Shown: one piece after another, positions 16,185 through 24,942 of the stretch
Numbering within the stretch: position 1 is the stretch's first letter
How the letters are laid out: every line of letters begins with the position of its first letter
Origin: Bacteriovoracia bacterium
GTDB taxonomy: Bacteria > Bdellovibrionota > Bacteriovoracia > Bacteriovoracales > Bacteriovoracaceae
Length of the DNA stretch: 26,986 nucleotides
NCBI GenBank assembly: GCA_046570105.1
Contig: JBKHVI010000041.1
Coordinates: 1 to 26,986, forward strand
Direction of reading: 5' to 3'
The notes under the pieces: generated by a model
Seen by the model: only the letters and a program-made list of their open reading frames with translations
Databases searched by the model: none
Told to the model about the DNA's origin: nothing
Translations under genes and position numbers: made by a program

Positions 16185-16682
16185 ATGATGGACGAAGCCC
16201 TAAGACTCCACCACCTCGCTGCCATTGAGATATGGGAGAACTTCTGTCGTCTTCATCACGACCTCTATGAACTTACGTGCGATGAGTACCAAGTTCTATT
16301 ATCCGGTGAAATCGAAAAACTTGATGAAGTCATTGCCAAGAAAGAAGTCGTCATGACCGAGATCGCACGTTGGGAAAACTACCGTGCCGACTTGATCGTT
16401 ACACTTAATAAGGAACTAGCTGCGGATCGACAAATTACCAATGTTACTGAACTGCTCAATACCCTTCAACCTGCCGAAGCTCGCTTACCTATTCCGGCCT
16501 TGAAGAATTTGAATGCTCTCTTGATCGATGTCATCACACGAGTTCAAGAGCAAAACAAACGTAACCAACAATTCTTGAATCGCGCCATGCAATCTCTCAA
16601 AGAGATTCGTGAAGGATTCAGTGGAAAGAAAAGCTATTCAACCTACGGCGCTGACGGGATGACCCGGGCAGTGGCTCGCTAG
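16185..16682 (+). CDS. flgN: Flagellar export chaperone FlgN
   Basis: Helical protein with L.....KE.....I...E..R, ..N..N..L and terminal TYGADG pattern; lies between flgM and flgK. Confidence 0.85.
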   Translation: MMDEALRLHHLAAIEIWENFCRLHHDLYELTCDEYQVLLSGEIEKLDEVIAKKEVVMTEIARWENYRADLIVTLNKELAADRQITNVTELLNTLQPAEARLPIPALKNLNALLIDVITRVQEQNKRNQQFLNRAMQSLKEIREGFSGKKSYSTYGADGMTRAVAR

Positions 16683-16697
16683 GAAAGGGAGAATGCG

Positions 16698-18167
16698 TTG
16701 TCTGTCGATTTACTAGGTATTGGTAAATCAGGCCTCTTTACTGCCAAGAAGTCCATGGAGACTACTTCGCATAATATTGCCAACGCAAACACCGAAGGTT
16801 TCTCGCGCCAAGAAGTTCGCACTAAAACTGGCATAACTATCAACGAAGGCCCCTATGTCATGGGCACTGGTGTTGATATTCAAACTATCAAGCGTAATCA
16901 TGACGATCTGGTTGAGAAGAAACTCAATAGCAGTATCTCGCAACATAACTACAACGAAGAGCGCACCAATCAGCTTGGCCATATTGAAGAAGTCTTCAAT
17001 GAGGTCAATTCAGAGGGTATGAACAAGATCCTCAACCGCTTCTTCAACTCATTTCGTGAATTAGCGAATCGTCCTGAAGATGAAACCGTGCGCGGTCTTG
17101 TTCGTGAGAACGCCAAAATCGTAGTGAGTGATTTTCATCGAGTCCAAGGTGAGATTGATCAAATCCGCGCCGGTATTAATAAAAAAATCACTCTTATCGT
17201 GGATGATATTAATCATTTGGCGAAAAATATCTCAAAACTTAACCGAGAGATTGCAACGCATGAAGTGTCAGGCGCTGAGGCCAATGACCTACGGGATCAA
17301 CGCGATAGTGCCCTGAGACAGCTTGCCGAGCACTTCCCTGTCAGCGCTTACTATGATGAGCACAATCGCTTCGTGGTAAACGTAGAGGGCCTTGGAACAC
17401 TCGTTTCTGGAGATGTTGAGCAAGAATTGATGGTCGGTAATCGTATTGACCCTGCCGATTCGAATACTCAGAAGCCGGCACTTGAGATTTTTTTCAAATC
17501 TCGCCCAGCTGATCCCATTTCTGGTCGATTGAAAAATGGTAACCTCGGCGCCCTTCTTCGGTCACGCAATGAAGATCTTCAACAGGTTGAAAATCAACTT
17601 GATGAGTTAGCGCATGGTTTAGCTAATGCCACGAACTCTGTTCACCGTCGTGGTTATGCCAATAAGCCCGTTCCAGTTGATGAGCGTACCGGTCTTCCCA
17701 TGCCAGGTCTTGCCAATGGTCCAGTCACTGGAATTGATTTCTTTGATGCTCCCATCGGAAAAAGACGGGCTGCTGAATATCTAAAAATTAACGACTCAAT
17801 TCTCGCCGATGTGAATAATATCGCTGCCGGAATGGAGCCCAACTCTCCGGGTGATAACCGTGTCGCTATTGCTATCTCTCGTCTCCAACACGAGAAGATT
17901 TTGGGTGAAGGCACGACGACACTTGAAGAGCATTACCTTAAAACCGTCGGTAACGTCGGTATGCAGGTGGCGAAATCCAAAATTGATACCGAACAATCGG
18001 GTGGCATCCTGGCGCAGGCACGCTCGATTAAAGAACGCATTTCTGGCGTCTCGTTAGACGAAGAAACTGCCAACATGGTGAAGTACCAGAACGCTTACGA
18101 AGCTTCAGCAAAGGTCATTAAGGCCTCTGATGAAATGTTCAAAGCGGTGCTGGGACTTATGAGCTGA
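16698..18167 (+). CDS. flgK: Flagellar hook-associated protein FlgK
   Basis: IGKSGL, SHNIANANTEGFSRQ, GTGV, NDLRDQRD, SGVSLDEE.ANM.KYQ.AY.ASAKVI. TTG start. Confidence 0.96.
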   Translation: MSVDLLGIGKSGLFTAKKSMETTSHNIANANTEGFSRQEVRTKTGITINEGPYVMGTGVDIQTIKRNHDDLVEKKLNSSISQHNYNEERTNQLGHIEEVFNEVNSEGMNKILNRFFNSFRELANRPEDETVRGLVRENAKIVVSDFHRVQGEIDQIRAGINKKITLIVDDINHLAKNISKLNREIATHEVSGAEANDLRDQRDSALRQLAEHFPVSAYYDEHNRFVVNVEGLGTLVSGDVEQELMVGNRIDPADSNTQKPALEIFFKSRPADPISGRLKNGNLGALLRSRNEDLQQVENQLDELAHGLANATNSVHRRGYANKPVPVDERTGLPMPGLANGPVTGIDFFDAPIGKRRAAEYLKINDSILADVNNIAAGMEPNSPGDNRVAIAISRLQHEKILGEGTTTLEEHYLKTVGNVGMQVAKSKIDTEQSGGILAQARSIKERISGVSLDEETANMVKYQNAYEASAKVIKASDEMFKAVLGLMS

Positions 18168-18175
18168 GGTAAGCT

Positions 18176-19180
18176 GTGAGTAGAGTATCTGAAAATAGCT
18201 CAATTCATGCCATCAAGCACTCAGTCGGAAAGACTAAGAGCAAGGTGGAGGATTTGCAGATCAAGGGTTCAAATATGAAGCGCATTCAAAAGCCTTCTGA
18301 TGATCCTATTGGTAACGTTGATCTCTTGCAGATCCGTTCTAAGAATATTGATGCCCAACAATACTTGCGCAATCTTAGTTTTGCACAAACCAACTTGGGC
18401 TTTACTGAGACTGTACTTGAAGAGCTGACTGACATTCTAACAAAGGCCAAAGAGTTGGCGATCGGTCAGGCATCAGATATTTACAATCCAGAAGTGCGCC
18501 AGAGTGTTTCGAAAGAAATTCATCAGCTTCGTTTACAAGCGTTAAGCCTCGCCAATAAGCGTAATGGAAATCGTTATCTCTTTGCTGGTCAGAAACTTTT
18601 GTCAAAGCCCTTCGACAATGATGGAAAGTATCTAGGCGATAAGAACAAAATTTTTATTGAAATTAATAAAGACGTTTTCATTCCGATTAATCTTACCGGT
18701 GAAGAATTATTTGTAGATAAAGAATCACGTCCTAATATTCGTCTTGTTCTACCAAAGAACCCAGACGAGATTCCTCATCAGGAAGAAATCCAACTCCCTA
18801 ACCGCTCACCTGCTTCTGCAGCAGAGCCTGGAGTCGAAAGTGTAAGGTCAAATATTTTTGATGAGCTTTCTTCGCTGGAGAATGCTCTCTTAACCAATAA
18901 CCCTGATATTGTGCAAAACCTTCTCGAGCAGCTAGATCGCTCTATTGATCGAGTTATCGCTCACCGCACACAAATTGGCGCACTTTCTAACAACATTAGC
19001 AATGCCGAGAATAACATCGAGAAAATGAAGCTTCTCAACGAGGAATACAAAACTAAGGTTGAGGACGCAGACGTAACTGAACTCTTCTCAAATCTTCAAA
19101 AAGAACAAAACATCCTCAAAGCGACCTACCAGGCCAGCGGAACACTCATGAATCAACAATTAATGGACTTCCTGCGTTAA
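18176..19180 (+). CDS. flgL: Flagellar hook-associated protein FlgL
   Basis: RVSEN, KRIQKPSDDP, AN...GNRYLFAGQK...PF...G.Y.GD, IGA..N, EDAD, LMDFLR. GTG start. Confidence 0.95.
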   Translation: MSRVSENSSIHAIKHSVGKTKSKVEDLQIKGSNMKRIQKPSDDPIGNVDLLQIRSKNIDAQQYLRNLSFAQTNLGFTETVLEELTDILTKAKELAIGQASDIYNPEVRQSVSKEIHQLRLQALSLANKRNGNRYLFAGQKLLSKPFDNDGKYLGDKNKIFIEINKDVFIPINLTGEELFVDKESRPNIRLVLPKNPDEIPHQEEIQLPNRSPASAAEPGVESVRSNIFDELSSLENALLTNNPDIVQNLLEQLDRSIDRVIAHRTQIGALSNNISNAENNIEKMKLLNEEYKTKVEDADVTELFSNLQKEQNILKATYQASGTLMNQQLMDFLR

Positions 19181-19317
19181 TTTCACGCATCTCTAACTCA
19201 ATCTTGTCTAAAGCTCTAAATTATTCTTGCAAATCCTGACAGGCGGTCATATAGATGCTGTCGGCCTTCGTATGAAGAGGGTCTTGTCATCTGATTGACA
19301 CCAATCAAGGATTGAAA

Positions 19318-19548
19318 ATGCTGGTTCTGACAAGGAAGCTTGGAGAAAGCATCGCCATCGACGATCATATTAAAATCGTTGTTGTGCAGATTAAAGGTAA
19401 ACAAGTTCGCTTGGGTATCAAGGCTCCAAAAGAGACGAAGATTCACCGGGAAGAGGTTTATCAAGCGATACACGATCAAAACGTTGCCGCTGTGCAAGTA
19501 AACATGGATGACATCTCAAGGTTGGGCGAAGAGCTCAAAAAGAAATAA
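19318..19548 (+). CDS. csrA: Carbon storage regulator / translational repressor CsrA
   Basis: MLVLTRKLGESIAI...VRLGIKAPKE..IHREEVY with R44 and N55 and a C-terminal extension typical of FliW-regulated CsrA. Confidence 0.97.
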   Translation: MLVLTRKLGESIAIDDHIKIVVVQIKGKQVRLGIKAPKETKIHREEVYQAIHDQNVAAVQVNMDDISRLGEELKKK

Positions 19549-19590
19549 TTTTCCTCCTTGATCTAAGTTCTCGTTGACTGCTACGATCTG

Positions 19591-19624
19591 AATGGTAAGG
19601 TAAAAATACCTTACTGTTTTATTT
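19591..19624 (+). terminator. Hairpin plus T-run between csrA and fliW (weak terminator or attenuator)
   Basis: GTAAGGTA-AAAA-TACCTTAC perfect 8-bp stem, extendable by G-U pairs, followed by TGTTTTATTT. Confidence 0.45.
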
Positions 19625-19636
19625 CGGAGGCTGGCG

Positions 19637-20191
19637 TTGAAAGTCAAAACCACGAGATTTGGGGAACTTGAGCTTAATCCGAGTGATATCATCACTTTTC
19701 ACGACGGCTTATTGGGCTTCGATCAACTCACCAAGTATTTTGTTGTCGATCCAGGTGATAGCACTCTCATTCTATGGCTCCAGTCCATCGAAGACGAGAA
19801 GGTTGCGTTCCCTATTATCGAACCAAAAATCTTTAAACCTGATTACATTGCGAAGCTTCTTCCTGCTGACCTTAATGGTCTCGACTTAGAAACTCTTAGC
19901 AATGCTAAGCTCTACAGCATTCTTACCATCCCAGCGAACGTCGTTGAGATGAGTGCTAACTTGAAAGCACCTGTTGTGATCAATAGCGCTAAGAAAGTTG
20001 CGAAGCAAATCGTTCTTGCTGATAGCAAACTCACTGTGAAACACGAAATGTATAAGGAACTTAAAACTTATATCGTGAACTTCTCATCTGATGATTCTAA
20101 ACGCACTAACTTTGCTCCAAGCATCGCTCTTGAAGCTGGCGATCTTCGCAGCAGCAAAGAGAACTACGCTCGTCTCACAAACGAAATGTAA
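19637..20191 (+). CDS. fliW: Flagellar assembly factor / CsrA antagonist FliW
   Basis: TTRFGEL, ITFHDGLLGF, WLQS, AFPIIEP..F.PDY, ILTIP...MSANLKAPVVIN...KQIVL. TTG start after GGAGG. Confidence 0.96.
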   Translation: MKVKTTRFGELELNPSDIITFHDGLLGFDQLTKYFVVDPGDSTLILWLQSIEDEKVAFPIIEPKIFKPDYIAKLLPADLNGLDLETLSNAKLYSILTIPANVVEMSANLKAPVVINSAKKVAKQIVLADSKLTVKHEMYKELKTYIVNFSSDDSKRTNFAPSIALEAGDLRSSKENYARLTNEM

Positions 20192-20210
20192 TTTTAAATT
20201 TCATTCACAA

Positions 20211-20242
20211 ATAAAAAAGCCCTCTTTCGAGGGCTTTTTTAT
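20211..20242. terminator. Bidirectional intrinsic terminator
   Basis: ATAAAAAAGCCCTC-TTTC-GAGGGCTTTTTTAT between convergent fliW and the TPR gene. Confidence 0.92.
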
Positions 20243-20973
20243 TACATCGAGATATTAGTTTCGGTGGCCGTTCGCGACAGCTGCAAGTACATCTGAGCAT
20301 CTGAATGATTGGGCTCACGTGAGATCACGCCTTGCCACTCAGACTGAGCTTCAATGATGTTGCCATTGCCGTAATAAAGAAGACCCAGGGCCATGCGAGC
20401 TGGCACATAGTGCGGATGCTCGACCTTTAAACGCTTAAGCTCTTCAAAGGCTTTAGAAACAAAACCTTTCTTAGAGTAAAGCTTTGCGACCTTAATACGA
20501 ACTTCTAGATTATCCGGATCAAGTCCAATGGCTTTGTTATATTCAAACAAAGCTTCGTCCCAGCGCTGATAAGAGCCATACATCTCAGCAATTTCATAAT
20601 GCTTGAGAGCGAACTTTTTATTGATATGTGGCTCGGCCAGACCTTGTTGAGGTGACATCTTAACGTGTTGATTCGCTTTATCGAATACAGCTTTCGCCTC
20701 TTCGTACTTACCAATATCGTTCAGAATAACCGAGAGAGAGATTGAGGCGTCTGTGTGATGCGGATCTAGCTCTAGAACGCGATTAAAGCCGCGTACGGCC
20801 TTACCTAGCTCTCCACGCATATGGAAGATGTTAGCGAGGTAGAAGTAGGCTTCCGTCGCATTCGGATCATTATCGATAATTTCATTGAAGAAGAGGGCAG
20901 CTGTCTTGAGGTCGTTCTTTTGAAAAGCTTCTTTGGCTTTTCTCATCAGATCATTGAGCTTCAAATTTTCCAA
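20242..20973 (-). CDS. Cytoplasmic tetratricopeptide-repeat protein
   Basis: About six TPR units (AYFYLANIFHMRGELGKA, ALFEYNKAIGLDP, ARMALGLLYY). No signal peptide or TM. TTG start after an AGGAG SD. Confidence 0.88.
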   Translation of the reverse strand: MENLKLNDLMRKAKEAFQKNDLKTAALFFNEIIDNDPNATEAYFYLANIFHMRGELGKAVRGFNRVLELDPHHTDASISLSVILNDIGKYEEAKAVFDKANQHVKMSPQQGLAEPHINKKFALKHYEIAEMYGSYQRWDEALFEYNKAIGLDPDNLEVRIKVAKLYSKKGFVSKAFEELKRLKVEHPHYVPARMALGLLYYGNGNIIEAQSEWQGVISREPNHSDAQMYLQLSRTATETNISM

Positions 20974-20982
20974 GCTCTCCTC

Positions 20983-21735
20983 CTAACGGATTTCGCGTTT
21001 TTTACATTGCTTCTGCCACGATCGTATCTCTTCAGCAGCCGTCTTGTCGACCAACGCCTGGAATTTTTCGGCGTAAAGCTCACATTCTTGCCATTTCTTC
21101 ATTTGCGCTGAAGATGCTACCACCCTCAACATAGAATGTTGACGTAGGGGCACGTTCTCAGCATGTCTGGTAAGAATATCGATATACCAATAGCGAGCCG
21201 CTTCCCACACTTTCGTTTTGAAATAAAAATCAGCCACATACTGATCTTTTTCTCGCAGCATTTTCAGAATTTTTTTAGTTCGGCTCTTGGCTTTTTTTAT
21301 CTCCGGTGAAGCGGGATATTTAGCGACTAGCTCTTCGTAAAATTTGAGGGCCTCAGCTCCCGTTTCAAGATCGCGATCAATTGTATCGGGAAGTTGCTTG
21401 TAATAGCTCTCCGCTATCATAAAAATCACGTAAGCGATTTTTTCATGCTTCGGATGAAAGTCTCTAAAGAGAAGAAAAGAAGCAGCGGCTTCAGGATAGC
21501 TCTCTTGCTTAAACTGTACTTCGGCTAAAAGTAATTCTGCTGGAGTCGCATAAAAACTATAAGGATGTTGCGTCTTAATTTGTTGCAACTTTTCAGTCGC
21601 TAAAATGAAGCGATCACTCTCAATCAACTCTTGAGCTTCCTTATAAAGAACTTCTGCCTCAGTCTTGCCCTCTGGAGAATCACTGGCACATGAAATGAAC
21701 AAAGTTAGTAGAAGCGTTAATGCCAAAAATTTCAT
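20983..21735 (-). CDS. bamD: Outer membrane protein assembly factor BamD (lipoprotein)
   Basis: Lipobox FISC; LYKEAQ, HPYSFYA..A.L..A, F...HPKHEKIAY, DRD......A...EELV.KYP.S, VADFYFK motifs. Confidence 0.9.
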   Translation of the reverse strand: MKFLALTLLLTLFISCASDSPEGKTEAEVLYKEAQELIESDRFILATEKLQQIKTQHPYSFYATPAELLLAEVQFKQESYPEAAASFLLFRDFHPKHEKIAYVIFMIAESYYKQLPDTIDRDLETGAEALKFYEELVAKYPASPEIKKAKSRTKKILKMLREKDQYVADFYFKTKVWEAARYWYIDILTRHAENVPLRQHSMLRVVASSAQMKKWQECELYAEKFQALVDKTAAEEIRSWQKQCKKREIR

Positions 21736-22784
21736 TTCGGACTCTCCACATAGAGTGATTTATGAATATCAACTAAGACGAGTTTGATAAATGTTGCCAC
21801 AGGAACGCTCACAATCATACCCACAAGTCCGCCCACATCTGAACCCACAATAACTGATACGACAACAATCAAGGGATGAAGATTTACGATGCGCGATACA
21901 AGCAGCGGAAAAACCAGCGCCATATCAATAAAATTTGCTACTGCGTAGACCGCAGACATCGCCATCAGGGCCTCAGGGTTTATCGGCTGCTGAAGTAGGC
22001 CAACAATCAGGGCTGCACCCCATCCAAGCAACGGACCAACGTACGGAACAACATTAGTCAGTCCACCAAGGATGGCCAACAAGAAGGCATAGGGAAATTT
22101 CACAATCCATAGCCCCACCATAAGTAGGACTCCTAGAATAGTCGCTTCAATTGTTTTGGCGACAATATAGCCACCAAATCGACCATTGAACTGATGAAAT
22201 AACATATAGGATCTTTCAAACCAGTGATTGGGAACGAGTTGTAAAAATCCTTGTTTCAATTTTAGGCTGTCATGCATGAAAAACCAGGTAAAGACTGGAG
22301 TTAAAATCATCCATTCCAAAACATTTCCCATCATCTTGGGAACATCCACAATCCATCGGCCGCCATCTTTTTTTAGTTTCTTGATAATCATGGCCACTGG
22401 ATCGATATCCAGTCGAAGATTAAAATTGCTGTATAGATAACCTTTAAACTGCGAAAACTTCTGTTGTAGTAAAAATTCAAGGCGCGGAAGATTGTGTGTG
22501 AGTTCACTTAATTCATCACCCACCACTCCAAAGACAATAACCAGAGGCCAGATAAGAAGCGCGATGATTGCTAACAAAAAGGCAGTCGCTAGCAATCGAT
22601 ACTGGCCCGGAAGATTGAGAAAAGAGTCTCTAAAAGGTCGAAGCACCAAAGAAACAACATAAGCACTTGCCACGGGAAATGATATCCTGGGGAAATAAAT
22701 CATGAACAACAGACTTATAGCGAAAAGACAGGCGAAGAACCAACCTTGACCTTTTTGTGAGCTACTAAGTTCCGGCGTGGTCAT
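21732..22784 (-). CDS. AI-2E (PerM/TqsA) family transporter
   Basis: 350 aa, multiple TMs, YA.LLA.L.G.TN.VPYVGP, P.L......LHPL.V.VSV.VG...G..GM..SVP motifs. Confidence 0.92.
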   Translation of the reverse strand: MTTPELSSSQKGQGWFFACLFAISLLFMIYFPRISFPVASAYVVSLVLRPFRDSFLNLPGQYRLLATAFLLAIIALLIWPLVIVFGVVGDELSELTHNLPRLEFLLQQKFSQFKGYLYSNFNLRLDIDPVAMIIKKLKKDGGRWIVDVPKMMGNVLEWMILTPVFTWFFMHDSLKLKQGFLQLVPNHWFERSYMLFHQFNGRFGGYIVAKTIEATILGVLLMVGLWIVKFPYAFLLAILGGLTNVVPYVGPLLGWGAALIVGLLQQPINPEALMAMSAVYAVANFIDMALVFPLLVSRIVNLHPLIVVVSVIVGSDVGGLVGMIVSVPVATFIKLVLVDIHKSLYVESPK

Positions 22785-23389
22785 AACGCTTTCTCTTTTT
22801 CACCTAAACGATGACGAAGTTTTGAGACTTCTTCAGTCAAAGCTCCGAGGCGTTGGGCCAATATCAAAGAAATCTCACGCATAAACTTGGCACCTACGAC
22901 AGGATGTTGATCTAGGAGCGCTTCAAGATCTGGTTTAAACAAACCAAGCAATACTGTTTCTTCGAGACAAATTGCTGTGGCACTTCGACGGTTATATTCT
23001 TCGAGTAAGCCCATTTCTCCAAAGTATTGCGACTTTTCAATTTTTGCCAGTACATGTTCTTTAACATCAACTTCTTTGCCACTTATGTGAACAATTGAAA
23101 CGGAACCTTTGAAGACAAAATAGAAACCATAACCAGCATCACCTTGGCGAAAGACCACTTCATTACGTTGAAATTTTCTTTGATGAAGATACTTGGAAAG
23201 AAGTCTCAATTCATAATCTGAAAACTCTTTAAGCACATTCACGCGGGTAAGAAAGCGCGGCAAACTTTCGTTGCGATTGAGACTAAACGGACCGGCCTGC
23301 CAAATATAACGAAGAGTACTTATACTCACCTTATCGGGGATTTCTTCACATTTTCCGGCCAAATCGCGTACTTCATTCTCGTAACTCAT
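22781..23389 (-). CDS. Stand-alone cyclic-nucleotide-binding domain protein
   Basis: VFRQGDAG..FYFVFKGSV and phosphate-binding cassette FGEMGLL....RSATA. C-terminal helix, no HTH. ATG 23389 overlaps the upstream TGA. Confidence 0.88.
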   Translation of the reverse strand: MSYENEVRDLAGKCEEIPDKVSISTLRYIWQAGPFSLNRNESLPRFLTRVNVLKEFSDYELRLLSKYLHQRKFQRNEVVFRQGDAGYGFYFVFKGSVSIVHISGKEVDVKEHVLAKIEKSQYFGEMGLLEEYNRRSATAICLEETVLLGLFKPDLEALLDQHPVVGAKFMREISLILAQRLGALTEEVSKLRHRLGEKEKAL

Positions 23390-24129
23390 GGCCTTGTCCC
23401 CCAAAGAATGCCTGCTTGAGCAGACACATCCGATTTAAATATCCAGTTGAGCTCACCTTCACTGTCATAAACCTTAATCCACTTACCTTCATGCCATCCA
23501 AGCACTCGAGAACCTGGCACAAGTGCACGGCCCGAGGGAAATGCAATAGAAGGACCTTCATACAATGGAAGTGGCTCAAAATTTATAAATGCCGTGGATT
23601 GAAAAGTTAACCACGCCAACAATACTGCCGGAGTCACCAGCACTCCTGCCAATAATAACTTTTGCCAGCGTTGCCACTCTTTGCGGAATATCAAAAAGAG
23701 TATGAGCGCAAATACGACAAAGGCGAACCAGGCTTTCATCAGACCTATGGATAATAGGCCATCAAGAAACCAGGCCCCACCATGAGAGGGATTGTGATCG
23801 CTTGCTAACTGCGTGTTCACATAATCCAGTTGCTGCTCAGTTACATCAGAATAAAGTGTATAATGCCGCGCGCGCTCAAGTGCATAACGGGCCTCGGGAA
23901 AGTTTTTGCGCAGAGTCTCGATGGTGCCCAAGTTATACCAATACGTAAAACCATCTACCTGGCCTTCCATTTTCTGCCAAACAGAATGCGCCTCATCGTG
24001 AGCGCCCTTGGCAACTAAGTCTCTGAATGTTGTAAGAGCGTCGGCTATGGTGCTATCCTCCGTGAGGGGATCATTATCCTCTTCGGACATAGGTAAATCA
24101 AGCAACTGTCCACCCCACAAGGCTTCCAT
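23386..24129 (-). CDS. BatE-like TPR / two-TM / SH3b membrane protein
   Basis: YNLG.......FPEARYALERA TPR, two TM helices, LYEGPS..F.....L.PG..V.......WIKV.......WI SH3b-like tail. Start uncertain (24129 or 24090). Confidence 0.7.
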   Translation of the reverse strand: MEALWGGQLLDLPMSEEDNDPLTEDSTIADALTTFRDLVAKGAHDEAHSVWQKMEGQVDGFTYWYNLGTIETLRKNFPEARYALERARHYTLYSDVTEQQLDYVNTQLASDHNPSHGGAWFLDGLLSIGLMKAWFAFVVFALILFLIFRKEWQRWQKLLLAGVLVTPAVLLAWLTFQSTAFINFEPLPLYEGPSIAFPSGRALVPGSRVLGWHEGKWIKVYDSEGELNWIFKSDVSAQAGILWGTRP

Positions 24130-24187
24130 GACACTTGGAGCAATCGCACCCTCTCATACAGAGCGGGATAAGAGATTTTCAGAGCGG

Positions 24188-24940
24188 ATGATATTCCATG
24201 CACGCTCGCTTGGCCTCACTCAACGTGGTGCTGTTGGAACTTGGACGTGTGGCCAAGGAGTTCGTCGTGCGCGTGAGACTGAATTTTTTTGGGATCTCAC
24301 ATTAAAAAATTATTCTCCAGTTGGTATTAATCATCCAACAATGCTGGCACCGGTTGAAGTTGCCACCTGGGGTGCACATTCATTTTCGACTGACATGATT
24401 AATCTTTATCCCGTCTTGGCCTCATGGCAGTGGACAGTTATTTCTAGCAAGCATTTATGGCTACAACACCAGTCTTGGGATTCAGTGAATGCTTGGATGT
24501 TAAACTCCACAACGGATCACCTATGGGAAAAAGATGCTACGCTTAAAACCGATAAGGGTTGGCTTGGCTTCTCGCATCTCGATCGACTCGCTTCTTGGTG
24601 CGTGCAAATCGATGAAGAGACCGTATGGTGTGCCAGCAAAAACCCACTTCCGGTCTCAGACCAGGCCATGTTGGAAAAGCATCAATGGTTTAGACCATTT
24701 TTAAGTGTAGATGCCCTAGGACAAGATGGACGCCTTGCTGAACTCATCACTCTTTTATCTGACGTGCTACGGCCCGATGAAAGACATGGCTTAAATTTTA
24801 AATTTAACAATAAAAATGCAGCTAAGCTGGCCGAGCAAGGCTTGTCTTGTGATGGTTTGGATAACAATATTTTATGTTATTTCCCACTTTCTATTCTGCA
24901 TGAAGATATCCAAGGTCTTCGCTCTCTCTTGAAGGATTAG
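24188..24940 (+). CDS. Hypothetical protein, possible degenerate class-III aminotransferase-fold protein (250 aa)
   Basis: ATG 24188 avoids overlap with the divergent gene; stop is 2 nt before astA. Remnant motifs G.W...FWDL...PVGINHP, IDE, G.....NNI..YFPL.I..EDI. Confidence 0.6.
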   Translation: MIFHARSLGLTQRGAVGTWTCGQGVRRARETEFFWDLTLKNYSPVGINHPTMLAPVEVATWGAHSFSTDMINLYPVLASWQWTVISSKHLWLQHQSWDSVNAWMLNSTTDHLWEKDATLKTDKGWLGFSHLDRLASWCVQIDEETVWCASKNPLPVSDQAMLEKHQWFRPFLSVDALGQDGRLAELITLLSDVLRPDERHGLNFKFNNKNAAKLAEQGLSCDGLDNNILCYFPLSILHEDIQGLRSLLKD

Positions 24941-24942
24941 TT

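Noticed and set aside
24008..24187. N-terminal 60 codons of the 310-aa ORF
   Set aside because: Overlaps the divergent BatE-like gene and reads as antisense sequence; ATG 24188 is more plausible.
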